A DNA stretch of 64,000 nucleotides from Actinomycetes bacterium (GCA_021791635.1 JAJYWF010000002.1:4392-68391), one strand, 5' to 3'. Shown: positions 44,561 through 54,336, numbered from the stretch's first letter. Numbers and translations: made by a program. The notes: generated by a model not told the origin, from the sequence alone.

Positions 44561-45964
44561 TCAGCGCTCGGGCCGCAGGGTGGGGAAGGCGATGACCTCG
44601 CGGATGTTGGCCACGTCGGCCAGGATCATGGCCAGCCGGTCGATCCCGATCCCCAGACCGGCGGTCGGCGGGAGCCCGTACTCCATGGCCTGGAGGTACT
44701 CCTCGTCTACGGGCATTGCCTCGTCGTCACCGGCGGCGCGCTCGGCCGCCTGGGCCTCGAAGCGGGCCCGCTGGTCGTCGGGATCGGTGAGCTCGCTGAA
44801 GGCGTTCCCCAGCTCCCGTCCGGCGACCACCGGCTCGAACCGTTCCACCAGTGTCGGATCGTCCCGGTGACGTCGGGCCAGCGGCGATACCTCCGCCGGG
44901 TAGTCACAGACGAACACCGGTCCCCACAGTGAGGCTTCGGTGGTCTTCTCGTAGAGCTCCAGCAGCAGCTTGCCCGGACCCCAGGCCTCCTCGAAGGGGA
45001 CGCCTTCGTCGCGTAGGACCCGACGCAATTCCGCCACCGGGACGTGGACGCCGACGTCTCGGCCAGTCGCCTCGGCCACCAGCTCGACCAGCGTGGCCCG
45101 TCGCCAGGGGGGGGTCAGGTCCAGCGGGCGGCCCTGGTACACGAGAGACGTGGTGCCCAGCAGATCGCCGGCCAGGCCGCTCACGAGCTCTTCGACCAGG
45201 ACCATGAGATCGGTGTAGTCGGCGTAGGCCTGGTAGAGCTCGATGGCCGTGAACTCGGGGTTGTGCCGCGGTGACAGTCCCTCGTTGCGGAAGAGGCGAC
45301 CCACCTCGAACACCTTCTCGAACCCACCGACGACCAGTCGCTTCAGGTAGAGCTCGGGGGCGATCCTGAGGTACAGATCGGCGTCGAGGGCATTGTGGTG
45401 GGTGACGAAGGGCCGGGCGTGGGCGCCACCGGGGATGGGGTGCAGGATCGGGGTCTCGACCTCCACGAAGCCCTCGTCCCACAGGCGCTGGCGCAAGCGC
45501 CGGAGCATGTTGCTGCGCAGCAGGAGCACCTTGCGGCTGGCCTCGTTGGCCCACAGGTCGACCTCACGCTGGCGGAACCGGGTCTCGATGTCGGTGACCC
45601 CGCGCCACTTGTCACCGAATGACCGGCGGGCCTCGGCCAGCAGGCACCACTCGGCAACCTTCACCGACACCTCGCCACGCTTCGTCCGGATCACCTCCCC
45701 CCGAGCACCGATCCAGTCCCCCAGTCGCAACCGGGTGAAGGCCTCGAAGTCCTCGGTCAGGGCGTGGAGGGCCATGAGCTGGACCGCGCCCGAGGAGTCG
45801 CGCAACTCGGCGAAGGCCAGTCGCCCCTGGGGACGCGACAGCATCACCCGACCGGCCACTGACACCTCCTGACCGGACTCGCCTCCGGGCTCGAGATCGG
45901 CGCCCTGGTGGGTGACGTCGGCCGCCGTGGCCGTCCGGTCGAAGCGGTAGGGAATGCCGGTCAC
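44561..45964 (-). CDS. lysS: Lysine--tRNA ligase (class II)
   Basis: OB anticodon-binding domain and class II motifs (FRNEG, GLGIGIDRL). GTG at 45964 lies 5 nt after the coaX stop. Confidence 0.9.
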   Translation of the reverse strand: MTGIPYRFDRTATAADVTHQGADLEPGGESGQEVSVAGRVMLSRPQGRLAFAELRDSSGAVQLMALHALTEDFEAFTRLRLGDWIGARGEVIRTKRGEVSVKVAEWCLLAEARRSFGDKWRGVTDIETRFRQREVDLWANEASRKVLLLRSNMLRRLRQRLWDEGFVEVETPILHPIPGGAHARPFVTHHNALDADLYLRIAPELYLKRLVVGGFEKVFEVGRLFRNEGLSPRHNPEFTAIELYQAYADYTDLMVLVEELVSGLAGDLLGTTSLVYQGRPLDLTPPWRRATLVELVAEATGRDVGVHVPVAELRRVLRDEGVPFEEAWGPGKLLLELYEKTTEASLWGPVFVCDYPAEVSPLARRHRDDPTLVERFEPVVAGRELGNAFSELTDPDDQRARFEAQAAERAAGDDEAMPVDEEYLQAMEYGLPPTAGLGIGIDRLAMILADVANIREVIAFPTLRPER

Positions 45965-45969
45965 CAGCT

Positions 45970-46836
45970 TCAGTCCCCGTGACCGCTCGACCGGCCACCG
46001 GCGTTTCGCTCGTAGACGATCCGCAGGCCATGGAGCGTGAGCCACGGCTCCACGTGGTCGACCGTCTCGGCGTGGGGAGCGATCAGCTCGCTCAGCCCCC
46101 CGGTGGCCACCACCGGGCACCGGCCGAGCTCGGCCTGGAAACGCCGGCACAGGCCGTCGACTTGGGCCGCGAAGCCGTAGAGCGCCCCCGACTGGATCGA
46201 CTCGGCGGTCGACCTGCCGATGACGGCGCGGGGGGCCACCAGCTCCACCCGGCGCAGGGCGGCGGCGTGCTGGAACAGGGCTTCGAGGCTTATGGACACG
46301 CCGGGGGTGATCGCCCCTCCCAGGTACTCCCCTTCCCCCGAGATGGCGTCGAAGGTGGTGGCGGTCCCCAGGTCCACCACGATGCACGGGCCACCGAAGA
46401 GATCGAAGGCCCCGATGGCGTTCGCCACCCGGTCGGCACCGACCTCCTTGGGGTTGTCGTAGAGGATCGACATCCCGCTCTTCACCCCGGGACCGAGCAC
46501 CACGCACGAGATGCCCCCGAACCATCTCGCTGCCATCTGGCGCAGCTCGCCGGTCACCGCCGGCACCGACGAGCTCACGGCGATGCCGGTCAACTTGGTG
46601 GTGATGTCGAGGCCCTCGAGGTCCAGGAGCTGGGTGAGCAGCACGGCATACTCGTCAGGGGTCCGGGTGGGAACGGTGGACAGGCGCCAGTGGTGCGTGA
46701 GCCCGCCGCTCGGCTGGTCCTCGGCGGCGATGCCGAACCCGGCATCACTTCGAGGAAGCTCCTCACCTTCGGCGTCGGTGAGGGCGTAGAGACCCACGAC
46801 CGTCTCGGTGTTCCCCACGTCGATGGCCAGCAGCAC
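45970..46836 (-). CDS. coaX: Type III pantothenate kinase
   Basis: LLAIDVGNT and GGPCIVVDLGTATT. Confidence 0.9.
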   Translation of the reverse strand: MLLAIDVGNTETVVGLYALTDAEGEELPRSDAGFGIAAEDQPSGGLTHHWRLSTVPTRTPDEYAVLLTQLLDLEGLDITTKLTGIAVSSSVPAVTGELRQMAARWFGGISCVVLGPGVKSGMSILYDNPKEVGADRVANAIGAFDLFGGPCIVVDLGTATTFDAISGEGEYLGGAITPGVSISLEALFQHAAALRRVELVAPRAVIGRSTAESIQSGALYGFAAQVDGLCRRFQAELGRCPVVATGGLSELIAPHAETVDHVEPWLTLHGLRIVYERNAGGRSSGHGD

Positions 46837-46839
46837 GGG

Positions 46840-47715
46840 TCAGTCCTCCACCGTCAGGTCGAGGCCGATATCGAGCACGGGGGCCGAGTGGGTGAGGGCC
46901 CCCACCGACAGCAGGTCCGCACCGGTGGCGGCGAAGGCGGCGACGCGCTCGAGGCTGAGGCCGCCGGACACCTCGACCAGCACGCCACCCGGCCCGGCCT
47001 CGCTTCGGGCCAGGGCCACGCAGTGGGCCACCTCGTCGGGGGTCATGTTGTCGAGGAGGACGGCCGTCGCTCCGGCCCGGCACGCCTCTTCGACCTGGTC
47101 GGCCCGATCGCACTCGACTTCCACCATCCGACCGGGCCACGCCGACCGTGCCCGGCCGACCGCATCGGTGATCCCGATACCACCCAGGTGGTTGTCCTTC
47201 AAGAGGACGGCGTCGGACAGGCTGGCCCGGTGATTGTGCCCTCCCCCGGCCCGGACGGCAGCCTTCTCCAGGGCGCGAAGCCCGGGAGTGGTCTTGCGGG
47301 TGTCGAGGATCCGGACTGTCGGCGACACGGCGTGAGCGGCGTCGACGAACCGGCGGGTCATCGAGGCAACACCTGAGAGGTGGCAGAGGAAGTTCAGCGC
47401 CGAGCGTTCGGCGGTGAGGATCGACCGCAACCTCCCGCTGACGCGGGCCAGCTCGTCACCGGGGACCACCGACGCGCCGTCGGCCCGAGTCCAGTCCATC
47501 GACAGTTCGGGATCGAACTGCTCGAACACCTCCTCGGCGCATCGACGCCCGGCCACGACCCCCTCCTGGCGGGCCACGAACGCCAACGTCGCCCTCCGGT
47601 CGGGGGAGACGAGGGCCGAGGTGAGGTCACCGAGGGTCGAGATGTCCTCGGCCAGCGCCCGAGCCACCGCCTCGCGCACCGCCGGCCACGGCGGATCGAC
47701 TTCGATGGCCGTCAT
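46840..47715 (-). CDS. nadC: Nicotinate-nucleotide diphosphorylase (carboxylating)
   Basis: 291 aa QPRTase with ILDTRKTTPG and LLKDNH motifs. ATG overlaps the nadB stop. Confidence 0.9.
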   Translation of the reverse strand: MTAIEVDPPWPAVREAVARALAEDISTLGDLTSALVSPDRRATLAFVARQEGVVAGRRCAEEVFEQFDPELSMDWTRADGASVVPGDELARVSGRLRSILTAERSALNFLCHLSGVASMTRRFVDAAHAVSPTVRILDTRKTTPGLRALEKAAVRAGGGHNHRASLSDAVLLKDNHLGGIGITDAVGRARSAWPGRMVEVECDRADQVEEACRAGATAVLLDNMTPDEVAHCVALARSEAGPGGVLVEVSGGLSLERVAAFAATGADLLSVGALTHSAPVLDIGLDLTVED

Positions 47716-49535
47716 CCCAGGTCCCCGGTGTGGTGCCGTACGGGGGGACGCCGGCCGTCCTCACGGCGATGCACCAGGCGACAGCGCCAGTCGGGAGCGG
47801 TGTGGGGGAAGTCGGAACGAGAGTGGGCGCCCCGGCTCTCTTCCCGCAGGCTGGCCGACTCCAGGAGCGCCCGGGCCACGGTCGCCAGGTTCGTGAGCTC
47901 GCCACCGCTCCGGGTCTCGTCGGAGGGTGTGGTGGCAGTGATGGTCGCTGTGGTGGTGGTCGCGGTGGTCGCCGAGTGCGCGACGGCGGCCAGATCCGTC
48001 GAACGTGATCGACCGGCCATGAACCTCTCCACCTGAGTCAGGGCAGCCCGGGCGGACTCGAGCGACTCGGCGGACCTCACCACTCCCGCCCCGGCGGTCA
48101 TCGAGCGTTGTAGCTGGTCTCTCACTTTCGCCATATCGAGCTCCAGCAGGTCACCGAGCCCGCCGGGGCTGGAACCGGCCTCGGGCTCAGCCGCCTCCAC
48201 CAGGTCGACGCGGCGCAGACCGATCCGGGCGGCGGGGTCCAGGGCTCCCGTCGGCGTCGGGTGGCGGCGACCGGAGGCGATCATCTCGGCCAGGCGAGCT
48301 CCGAACACCATCCCCTCGAGGAGGGAATTCGATGCCAGTCGGTTGGCCCCGTGGACGCCGGTGCAGGCCACCTCCCCGGCCGCCCACAGCCCGGGAAGCT
48401 CGGTCGCACCCCACAGGTCGGTCAGCACCCCTCCCGAAAGATGGTGGGCGGCCGGAGCGATGGGCAGCCAGTCCACAGAGGGGTCCAGTCCGATCTCGGT
48501 CAGCGACGCGGCGATGGTCGGGAACCGCTCGTCGAAGCGGTCGAGACCGGTGGCGTCCAACCAGAGGTGCTCCACCCCGTCGTCGGCCATGCGTTGGGCC
48601 ATGGCCCGGCTGACCACGTCCCTCGGGGCCAGCTCGTCCACGAAGCGATCACCGTTGCCGTCCCGAAGCAGCGCCCCGTGGCCCCGGAGGGCTTCGGAGA
48701 GCAGGGGCCGGGGCATCGCCGGATGATGGAGCGCCGTGGGGTGGAACTGCACGAACTCCACGTCGGCCACGCCGACACCGGCCCGGAGCGCCATGGCCAC
48801 ACCGTCCCCGGTCGACTCGGCCGGGTTCGTGGTCACCGCGAACAGCTGGCCGATGCCGCCGGTCGCCAGCACCACGTGCTCTGCCCGGATCACCACCGGG
48901 CGGAGGTCCCCGGCGACGCGGCCCGCGCCCGAGGCCGTCACCTCGAGTGGCGCGCCCACATCGCTTCGAGTCCCCGGGGGAAGGGCCAGGACCCCCCGGC
49001 AGCGCCCCCCCTCGACCACGAGATCGAGGGCGAACCACCGTTCCAGGGTCGTAGCCGCCGCCCGAGTGGCGGCCACCAACGCCCGTTCCACTTCGACACC
49101 GGTGGCGGCACCTCCGGCGTGGACCACCCGGGCCCTGGAGTGACCGCCCTCGCGGGCGAGCGCCAGCGAGCCCGAGACTTCGCGGTCGAACTGTGCGCCC
49201 ATGGCGATCAGCTCGTGCACCCGGTGGGGACCTTCATCCACCAGCACCCGGACGGCTTCGGGGTCGCAGAGACCCGCCCCGGCGGCCAGCGTGTCGGCAA
49301 GGTGCAGGTCGGTGGAGTCCTCATCTCCACCGAGAACCGCGGCAACCCCTCCCTGAGCCCACCGGGTGGCGGACTGTGTGAGCTCGCCTTTCGTGAGCAC
49401 TCCGACTCGGAGACCGGACCGGTACCGGCCCGCCGAAGCCATCCTGACCGCGGCGGACAGGCCGGCTACGCCACTACCGAGCACCAGGACGTCGAAGGGA
49501 CCCGGGTTCCTCGGCGGACGATCCCCGTGCGTCAC
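47712..49535 (-). CDS. nadB: L-aspartate oxidase
   Basis: FAD motif VLVLGSGVAGLSAA and HYxMGG-like HHLSGGV. 607 aa with a Thr-rich insertion near the C-terminus. GTG start. Confidence 0.9.
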   Translation of the reverse strand: MTHGDRPPRNPGPFDVLVLGSGVAGLSAAVRMASAGRYRSGLRVGVLTKGELTQSATRWAQGGVAAVLGGDEDSTDLHLADTLAAGAGLCDPEAVRVLVDEGPHRVHELIAMGAQFDREVSGSLALAREGGHSRARVVHAGGAATGVEVERALVAATRAAATTLERWFALDLVVEGGRCRGVLALPPGTRSDVGAPLEVTASGAGRVAGDLRPVVIRAEHVVLATGGIGQLFAVTTNPAESTGDGVAMALRAGVGVADVEFVQFHPTALHHPAMPRPLLSEALRGHGALLRDGNGDRFVDELAPRDVVSRAMAQRMADDGVEHLWLDATGLDRFDERFPTIAASLTEIGLDPSVDWLPIAPAAHHLSGGVLTDLWGATELPGLWAAGEVACTGVHGANRLASNSLLEGMVFGARLAEMIASGRRHPTPTGALDPAARIGLRRVDLVEAAEPEAGSSPGGLGDLLELDMAKVRDQLQRSMTAGAGVVRSAESLESARAALTQVERFMAGRSRSTDLAAVAHSATTATTTTATITATTPSDETRSGGELTNLATVARALLESASLREESRGAHSRSDFPHTAPDWRCRLVHRREDGRRPPVRHHTGDLG

Positions 49536-49584
49536 TTCGACGACCCGGCCACCCGTGGCACCGCCAAGGTCTCCTCGCGCTCGG

Positions 49585-49977
49585 TCACGACGGGCCGGTC
49601 GCCGCCAACTCGGCGTCGAGGCGAGCTGACGCTTCGTCGATGACGCGGTTCGCCCGGTCGACGTGCACCACCCGGGGTACGTAGGACTCGAGCTCTTCGC
49701 GGGAGTAGTCGGCGTAGGTGATCAGAATGACCCGGTCCCCAGGCGCAACGAGCCGCGCCGCAGCTCCGTTCAGGCAGATCTCCCCGGTACCCCCTTCGAT
49801 GGCGTAGGTCTCGAAACGGGCGCCGTTGTCGATGTCCAAGACTGCCACCTGTTCGTAGGGAAGGATGTCGGCGAGCGCCATGAGCTCGGTGTCGATGCTC
49901 ACCGATCCCACATAGTTCAGGTTTGCCGCCGTCACCGTCGCCCGGTGGATCTTCGATTTCATCATTCTTCGGCGCAT
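49585..49977 (-). CDS. panD: Aspartate 1-decarboxylase
   Basis: [11 protein letters not shown] and YVGSVSID (Gly-Ser self-cleavage site). Confidence 0.92.
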   Translation of the reverse strand: MRRRMMKSKIHRATVTAANLNYVGSVSIDTELMALADILPYEQVAVLDIDNGARFETYAIEGGTGEICLNGAAARLVAPGDRVILITYADYSREELESYVPRVVHVDRANRVIDEASARLDAELAATGPS

Positions 49978-49987
49978 TGCTGTCCCT

Positions 49988-51046
49988 TCACCCGCTTTCC
50001 TGAGTCCATGTCCACCGGTTCGGGTCAGTCGACTCACCGCCGGTCCTGACGGCGGTCGCCGCTCCGGCTCTCCCGGCGGTCGCCGCTCCGGCTCCAACGG
50101 TGGCCAGCATCCGTCCGTGGGCCTGGACCGCCCCGTCGCCAACTCCCCCATCGCTGCCGACCAGCTCACGTTCGACCAGCGGGCCGACTGAAGCTGCGCA
50201 GTTGTCGATGAGCCGCACTGTACCGATGAGAGCCGCCACCAGGAGCCGGGTACCGGCGATGTCGCTGATGCGGGAGGGAACTTCGAGCGTGGCGGCATCG
50301 ACAGCCACCGCGTAGTCCAGCCGGGCCAGCGGCTGGCGCTCCACGACGGCGGACATGATCGCCGACACCTCGTCGGGGCGGACATGCCCACTCGCCACGG
50401 CGGCGGTGCCAGCGGCCAGGGCCCGGGGCAGCACCGTGGCGGCGCGGCGCTGCTCGGGGGTGAGGCGCACGTTCCGGCTGGACAATGCCACACCGTCACG
50501 ATCCCGCACGGTCGGGCACCCGACGACCTCCACCGGCATCCCCAGATCGGCCGCCATCCTTCGCACCAGCGCCAACTGTTGAAAGTCCTTCTCCCCGAAG
50601 TAGGCCCGGCACCGGCCGGCGATGGAGAACAGCTTGGCCACCACCGTGGCCACCCCATCGAAGTGCCCCGGTCGTGACCGGCCTTCCCACTCGTCGCCCA
50701 GCCCCCCCACCGAGACGGTGGTGGACGGCAGCTCCGGCCACCCCGGGTACATCTCCTCGACGGAGGGGGCCAGGACGACCGCCACTCCGGACGCGGCACA
50801 CCGATCCAGATCGGCGGCCAACGTCCGTGGGTACGAAGTGATGTCGCTGACGTCACCGAACTGGAGTGGGTTCACGAAGATCGTCACCGCGACCTGGTCG
50901 CACTCCCGTGACGCTCGCTCGATAAGTGACATGTGCCCGTCGTGGAGGGCTCCCATCGTGGGGACCAGCCCGACACTCGATCCGCTTGACCGGGTGTGGT
51001 CAAGGGCTCGGCGGAAATCGTCTATCGCCTCATGAACGATCATCAT
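49988..51046 (-). CDS. panC: Pantoate--beta-alanine ligase with an extended (about 50-70 aa, estimated) repeat-containing C-terminal tail
   Basis: [10 protein letters not shown] and FGEKDFQQ. Confidence 0.9.
   Translation of the reverse strand: MMIVHEAIDDFRRALDHTRSSGSSVGLVPTMGALHDGHMSLIERASRECDQVAVTIFVNPLQFGDVSDITSYPRTLAADLDRCAASGVAVVLAPSVEEMYPGWPELPSTTVSVGGLGDEWEGRSRPGHFDGVATVVAKLFSIAGRCRAYFGEKDFQQLALVRRMAADLGMPVEVVGCPTVRDRDGVALSSRNVRLTPEQRRAATVLPRALAAGTAAVASGHVRPDEVSAIMSAVVERQPLARLDYAVAVDAATLEVPSRISDIAGTRLLVAALIGTVRLIDNCAASVGPLVERELVGSDGGVGDGAVQAHGRMLATVGAGAATAGRAGAATAVRTGGESTDPNRWTWTQESG
50050..50094. repeat. 24-bp-period direct repeat x2 in the panC 3' tail
   Basis: cggcggtcgccgctccggctc at 50050 and 50074. 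It encodes [17 protein letters not shown]. Confidence 0.85.
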
Positions 51047-51052
51047 CCCGAC

Positions 51053-51895
51053 CTACCCGACCCCGGCTCCGACCCCGACCCCGGCTCCGACCCCGACCCC
51101 AGCTCCGACCCCGACCCCAGCTTCGGCCCCGACCCCAGCTTCGGCCAGCAGATCCCCGTCGAAGTCCGGTTCCGATCGGGCGGGGTCACCATGAGCCAAC
51201 TGCTCCACCAGGGCCACGCCTGCGTCGTACCCCGTCCGCTCCGCCGGATCGAGTGCGACCCGCTGCCGTTCCAGGGTGTCTCGATCACCCCGTGACGCCG
51301 GGCCGGTAAGTGCCCGGCGCGGGCCAAGCCGGGCCACGTCGTCGACGGCCGAGCGGGTGAGATCCAAAAAAGCATCCAGTGGCAACCCCGCTGCTGCGGC
51401 CACCCGCTCCACCTGTCCCAGGAGCGCGACCACGTGGTTGGCGGCGATACAGGCCGCGGCGTGGTACGAAGAGCGGTCCCGATCGCCCAACACCAACGCC
51501 CTGCCGCCAAGGCTCTCGGCCACCTCGGCCGCCATAGGGTCCCCGGCGACGGCGAAGGTGATGCCCGACGACAGGCGGATAGCTCCCACTTCCGGATCGG
51601 GCAGCGGCACGAGCGGATGCAGCGCGGCCCTCCGAGGATGGGGGTAGAGGGCGTCGGGTCCGAGCACTCCGGACAGGTGCAGGACCACGGTGGTCGGGGT
51701 CGGTCGGATCTGACGTGCCACACCGGCGATGGCGTCGTCAGGGGTGGAGACGACCACCAGGTCCACGCCGTCGGCGACTCCCTGGAGGTCCTCGCCGCGG
51801 CCTATGAACCCCACCACGTCCCAGCCGGCGCGCCTCAGGGCCAGAGCCAGTGAACCACCGGCCCTCCCGGGGCCGACGAAGCGTACGGTACGCAC
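51053..51895 (-). CDS. Rossmann-like / DUF2520 oxidoreductase (Rv3603c-like position between folK and panC)
   Basis: RFVGPGRAG dinucleotide fold. GTG at 51895 with an AAGGAGG RBS. C-terminal (AGVGVG)n tail. Confidence 0.7.
   Translation of the reverse strand: MRTVRFVGPGRAGGSLALALRRAGWDVVGFIGRGEDLQGVADGVDLVVVSTPDDAIAGVARQIRPTPTTVVLHLSGVLGPDALYPHPRRAALHPLVPLPDPEVGAIRLSSGITFAVAGDPMAAEVAESLGGRALVLGDRDRSSYHAAACIAANHVVALLGQVERVAAAAGLPLDAFLDLTRSAVDDVARLGPRRALTGPASRGDRDTLERQRVALDPAERTGYDAGVALVEQLAHGDPARSEPDFDGDLLAEAGVGAEAGVGVGAGVGVGAGVGVGAGVG
51059..51146. repeat. 18-bp in-frame tandem repeat (about 5 copies) at the 3' end of the DUF2520 gene
   Basis: Units gaccccgaccccggctcc and variants at 51071, 51089, 51107 and 51125. 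Confidence 0.9.
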
Positions 51896-51943
51896 CGATT
51901 CCTCCTTCGGCGCTCCAGTCCCGCCTGCGGGTACCGGTCGCCT

Positions 51944-52447
51944 TCAGTGATCAGGACTGCCGAGATCCAGCATACCCAGTCGGACGACATTGCCTCCAGC
52001 CCTCTCGACATCCGATGTCGTCACCAGGTCCGGAGCCAGGTCGGCCAGAGGTGCCAGAACGAACCGCCGCCGCCACATGCGCGGGTGGGGCACCACGAGA
52101 TCGTCTTCGTCGATCTCCAGGTCTCCCACCATCAAGACGTCGGCATCGAGCGTACGGGGGCCGTTGCGAACGGTCCGCACCCGGTGGGCGTCGGTCTCCA
52201 GGCGTCGGCAGCGCTCCAGCAGCCGGCGGGGCGAGTCGGTGGTGGCCAGCTCCACCACGATGTTCAGGAACGAGCGCTGCTCCCTGGGTCCACCGACGGG
52301 CTCGGTCTCGTAGACCGGAGAGACCGCCACCATGTCCCCGTCCTTACGCAGCGTGCTGACCGCTCGATCCAGGGCGGCCCGGCGATCACCGAGGTTCGAA
52401 CCCAGCCCGAGGAACGCCCGACGGACCACGCTTGGTTCGGCGGTCAC
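51944..52447 (-). CDS. folK: 6-hydroxymethyl-7,8-dihydropterin pyrophosphokinase
   Basis: GLGSNLGD, RTLDADVL and PHPRM. GTG overlaps the folB stop. Confidence 0.9.
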   Translation of the reverse strand: MTAEPSVVRRAFLGLGSNLGDRRAALDRAVSTLRKDGDMVAVSPVYETEPVGGPREQRSFLNIVVELATTDSPRRLLERCRRLETDAHRVRTVRNGPRTLDADVLMVGDLEIDEDDLVVPHPRMWRRRFVLAPLADLAPDLVTTSDVERAGGNVVRLGMLDLGSPDH

Positions 52448-52848
52448 CCGGAGCTGTCGCCTGACGCGGGATCGTCGCCTCGACGGCGCGCCACCCGTAC
52501 GCCTACCGAGCCGACCAGGTGGGGGAGTGGTGGGCGCACTTTGCGGACCGTGACCGCCACCTCGGCCAGCCGGCGGTCCGAGGCCAGCAGCGACGACGCC
52601 ACGGCATCGGCCAGGGTCTCGATGAGCTGGAACGACGACGACGTCACGACACCCGCCGCCCGCTCCACGAGCTCCCCGTAGTCGACCGTGCCTTCTATCG
52701 CGTCGTGCCCGCTCCCGACGGGGACGTCCACGCAGGCGTCGATGTCAACACTGAAGGGCTGCGCCCGCTGGCGCTCTTCGGGCAGGACGCCGTGCACCCC
52801 CATCACCAACAGGTCGCGAACCTCGATCCGTGTCGGTCGCCGCGTCAC
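52444..52848 (-). CDS. folB: Dihydroneopterin aldolase
   Basis: IEVRDLLVMGVHGVLPEERQRAQPF and TVDYGEL. GTG at 52848. Confidence 0.85.
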   Translation of the reverse strand: MTRRPTRIEVRDLLVMGVHGVLPEERQRAQPFSVDIDACVDVPVGSGHDAIEGTVDYGELVERAAGVVTSSSFQLIETLADAVASSLLASDRRLAEVAVTVRKVRPPLPHLVGSVGVRVARRRGDDPASGDSSG

Positions 52849-52877
52849 GTCTGGTCGTTTGGCATCATCGGGCCGAC

Positions 52878-53390
52878 TCACCGGGTCGACGACGTGGGCA
52901 GGGCGCTCGCCACGACCACCAGTTCCCGTCCCACCGAGCCCATCTGGTGACCCACCAGCGTCTCGACCAGGGCCACGGACTGCGGACCGGTCGCCAGCCT
53001 CCCCGACCACACGAGGAAGCCGGCGACCACCCCCATGACCCGGTCTCCCAGCTCCTCTTGGTGGACGAGGATCCGCTGACCGGCGTTCAACGAGCTCTCC
53101 AGATCCCCATAGCAGCTCAGGAGGATCGGTCGGGCGTCGGCCGCCGCCGGGAACGGATAGTGGGCGTGGGCCAGCTCTCCCTCTTCGTAGGCCGAGAGGT
53201 TGTGGGGGGATGCCAGCAGGGAGATGACACGGTCGAAACCCTGCACCCTCAGCCAGATGATCTCCTCTTGACGCCGTACCCGGCGGTGGCTCGGTGCGTA
53301 CCCGCCTGGGCGCTCGCTCACCCCCAGGCGGTCCCGGATGATCCAGGTGAAGTTCCGCGGTGGGATGCCGGCGGCCCACTTCCCCCTCAT
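52878..53390 (-). CDS. Dual-specificity-phosphatase-like protein lacking the catalytic cysteine
   Basis: 170 aa. A P-loop-like VHQEELGDRV occupies the position of HCxxGxxR(S/T). ATG overlaps the folP stop. Confidence 0.6.
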   Translation of the reverse strand: MRGKWAAGIPPRNFTWIIRDRLGVSERPGGYAPSHRRVRRQEEIIWLRVQGFDRVISLLASPHNLSAYEEGELAHAHYPFPAAADARPILLSCYGDLESSLNAGQRILVHQEELGDRVMGVVAGFLVWSGRLATGPQSVALVETLVGHQMGSVGRELVVVASALPTSSTR

Positions 53391-54208
53391 CGTCGCACCC
53401 GTGCGGGGACCATGCCGGCGGCCTGGACGGTCGGCTCGACGTCGTGCACCCGCACCATGCCCGCGCCGTGGCAGATGGCCCACGCCGACGTCGCCAGAGA
53501 GGCTTCCAGGCGGTCTTCCACCGGCACCAGGCCGTCGGGTCTGTCGGGGTCCGCTCCGAACCGGCCCAGGAAGCTCTTGCGGCTGGTGCCGATCAGGACC
53601 TTGTGCCCGGCCTGGCCGGCGGCCGCGACCAGCTCCCCCACGTGGCGCAGCAGGGACAGGTTGTGGTCGGGGGTCTTGCCGAAGCCGATGCCTGGGTCCA
53701 CCCATATCTCGGTGATCCCGGCGGCCGAGGCCGTCTCGGCCAGGCCCAGGACGTGCCCGTGGACTTCGGCCACCACGTCGTCGTAGTGGGGGTTTCGCTG
53801 CATGTCACGCGGCGTCCCTTGGATGTGCATCGCCACCCAACCGACGCCGAGCTCGGCCGCCACCGGCCAGAGCTTCCCCGACACGTCGTTCACCAGCGTG
53901 GCCCCGGCACCCACCGCGGCGGTGGCCACCGCCGGCTTCACCGTGTCGACCGACACCCGGACGTGAGGAGCCAGCGCTTCCACCACCGGCACGACCCTTC
54001 GGAGCTCTTCGTCTTCCCCGACCGCTTCGGCTCCGGGTCGGCTGGACTCACCCCCCACGTCGACCACGTCGGCCCCCTGGGCGACGAGCTCGTGACCGTG
54101 GCGAATGGCATCGTCCGTCCGCAGGAAGCGCCCCCCGTCGGAGAACGAGTCCGGGGTGACGTTCAAGACGCCCATCACCATCGGACGTTCCCCCAGGTGG
54201 TCATCCAT
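53387..54208 (-). CDS. folP: Dihydropteroate synthase
   Basis: VMGVLNVTPDSFSDGG and VVDVGGES. Confidence 0.93.
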   Translation of the reverse strand: MDDHLGERPMVMGVLNVTPDSFSDGGRFLRTDDAIRHGHELVAQGADVVDVGGESSRPGAEAVGEDEELRRVVPVVEALAPHVRVSVDTVKPAVATAAVGAGATLVNDVSGKLWPVAAELGVGWVAMHIQGTPRDMQRNPHYDDVVAEVHGHVLGLAETASAAGITEIWVDPGIGFGKTPDHNLSLLRHVGELVAAAGQAGHKVLIGTSRKSFLGRFGADPDRPDGLVPVEDRLEASLATSAWAICHGAGMVRVHDVEPTVQAAGMVPARVRR

Positions 54209-54307
54209 GGCGATCAGCGTAGGCGAACCGCCGGAGACCCGCCGGGGCCACCCGAGACTGCCGGTGCGGCTGAAGCCCCTGAGCCACGAGGCCGCCGCGC
54301 CGGGTAC

Positions 54308-54336
54308 GGCCGGGTCCGGCCGGGTCCGGCCGGGTC
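54308..54336. repeat. 10-bp tandem repeat x3 within a GGGTC-rich folE-folP spacer
   Basis: ggccgggtcc x3. GGGTC occurs 5 times (plus one GGTC) between 54312 and 54358. Confidence 0.8.
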
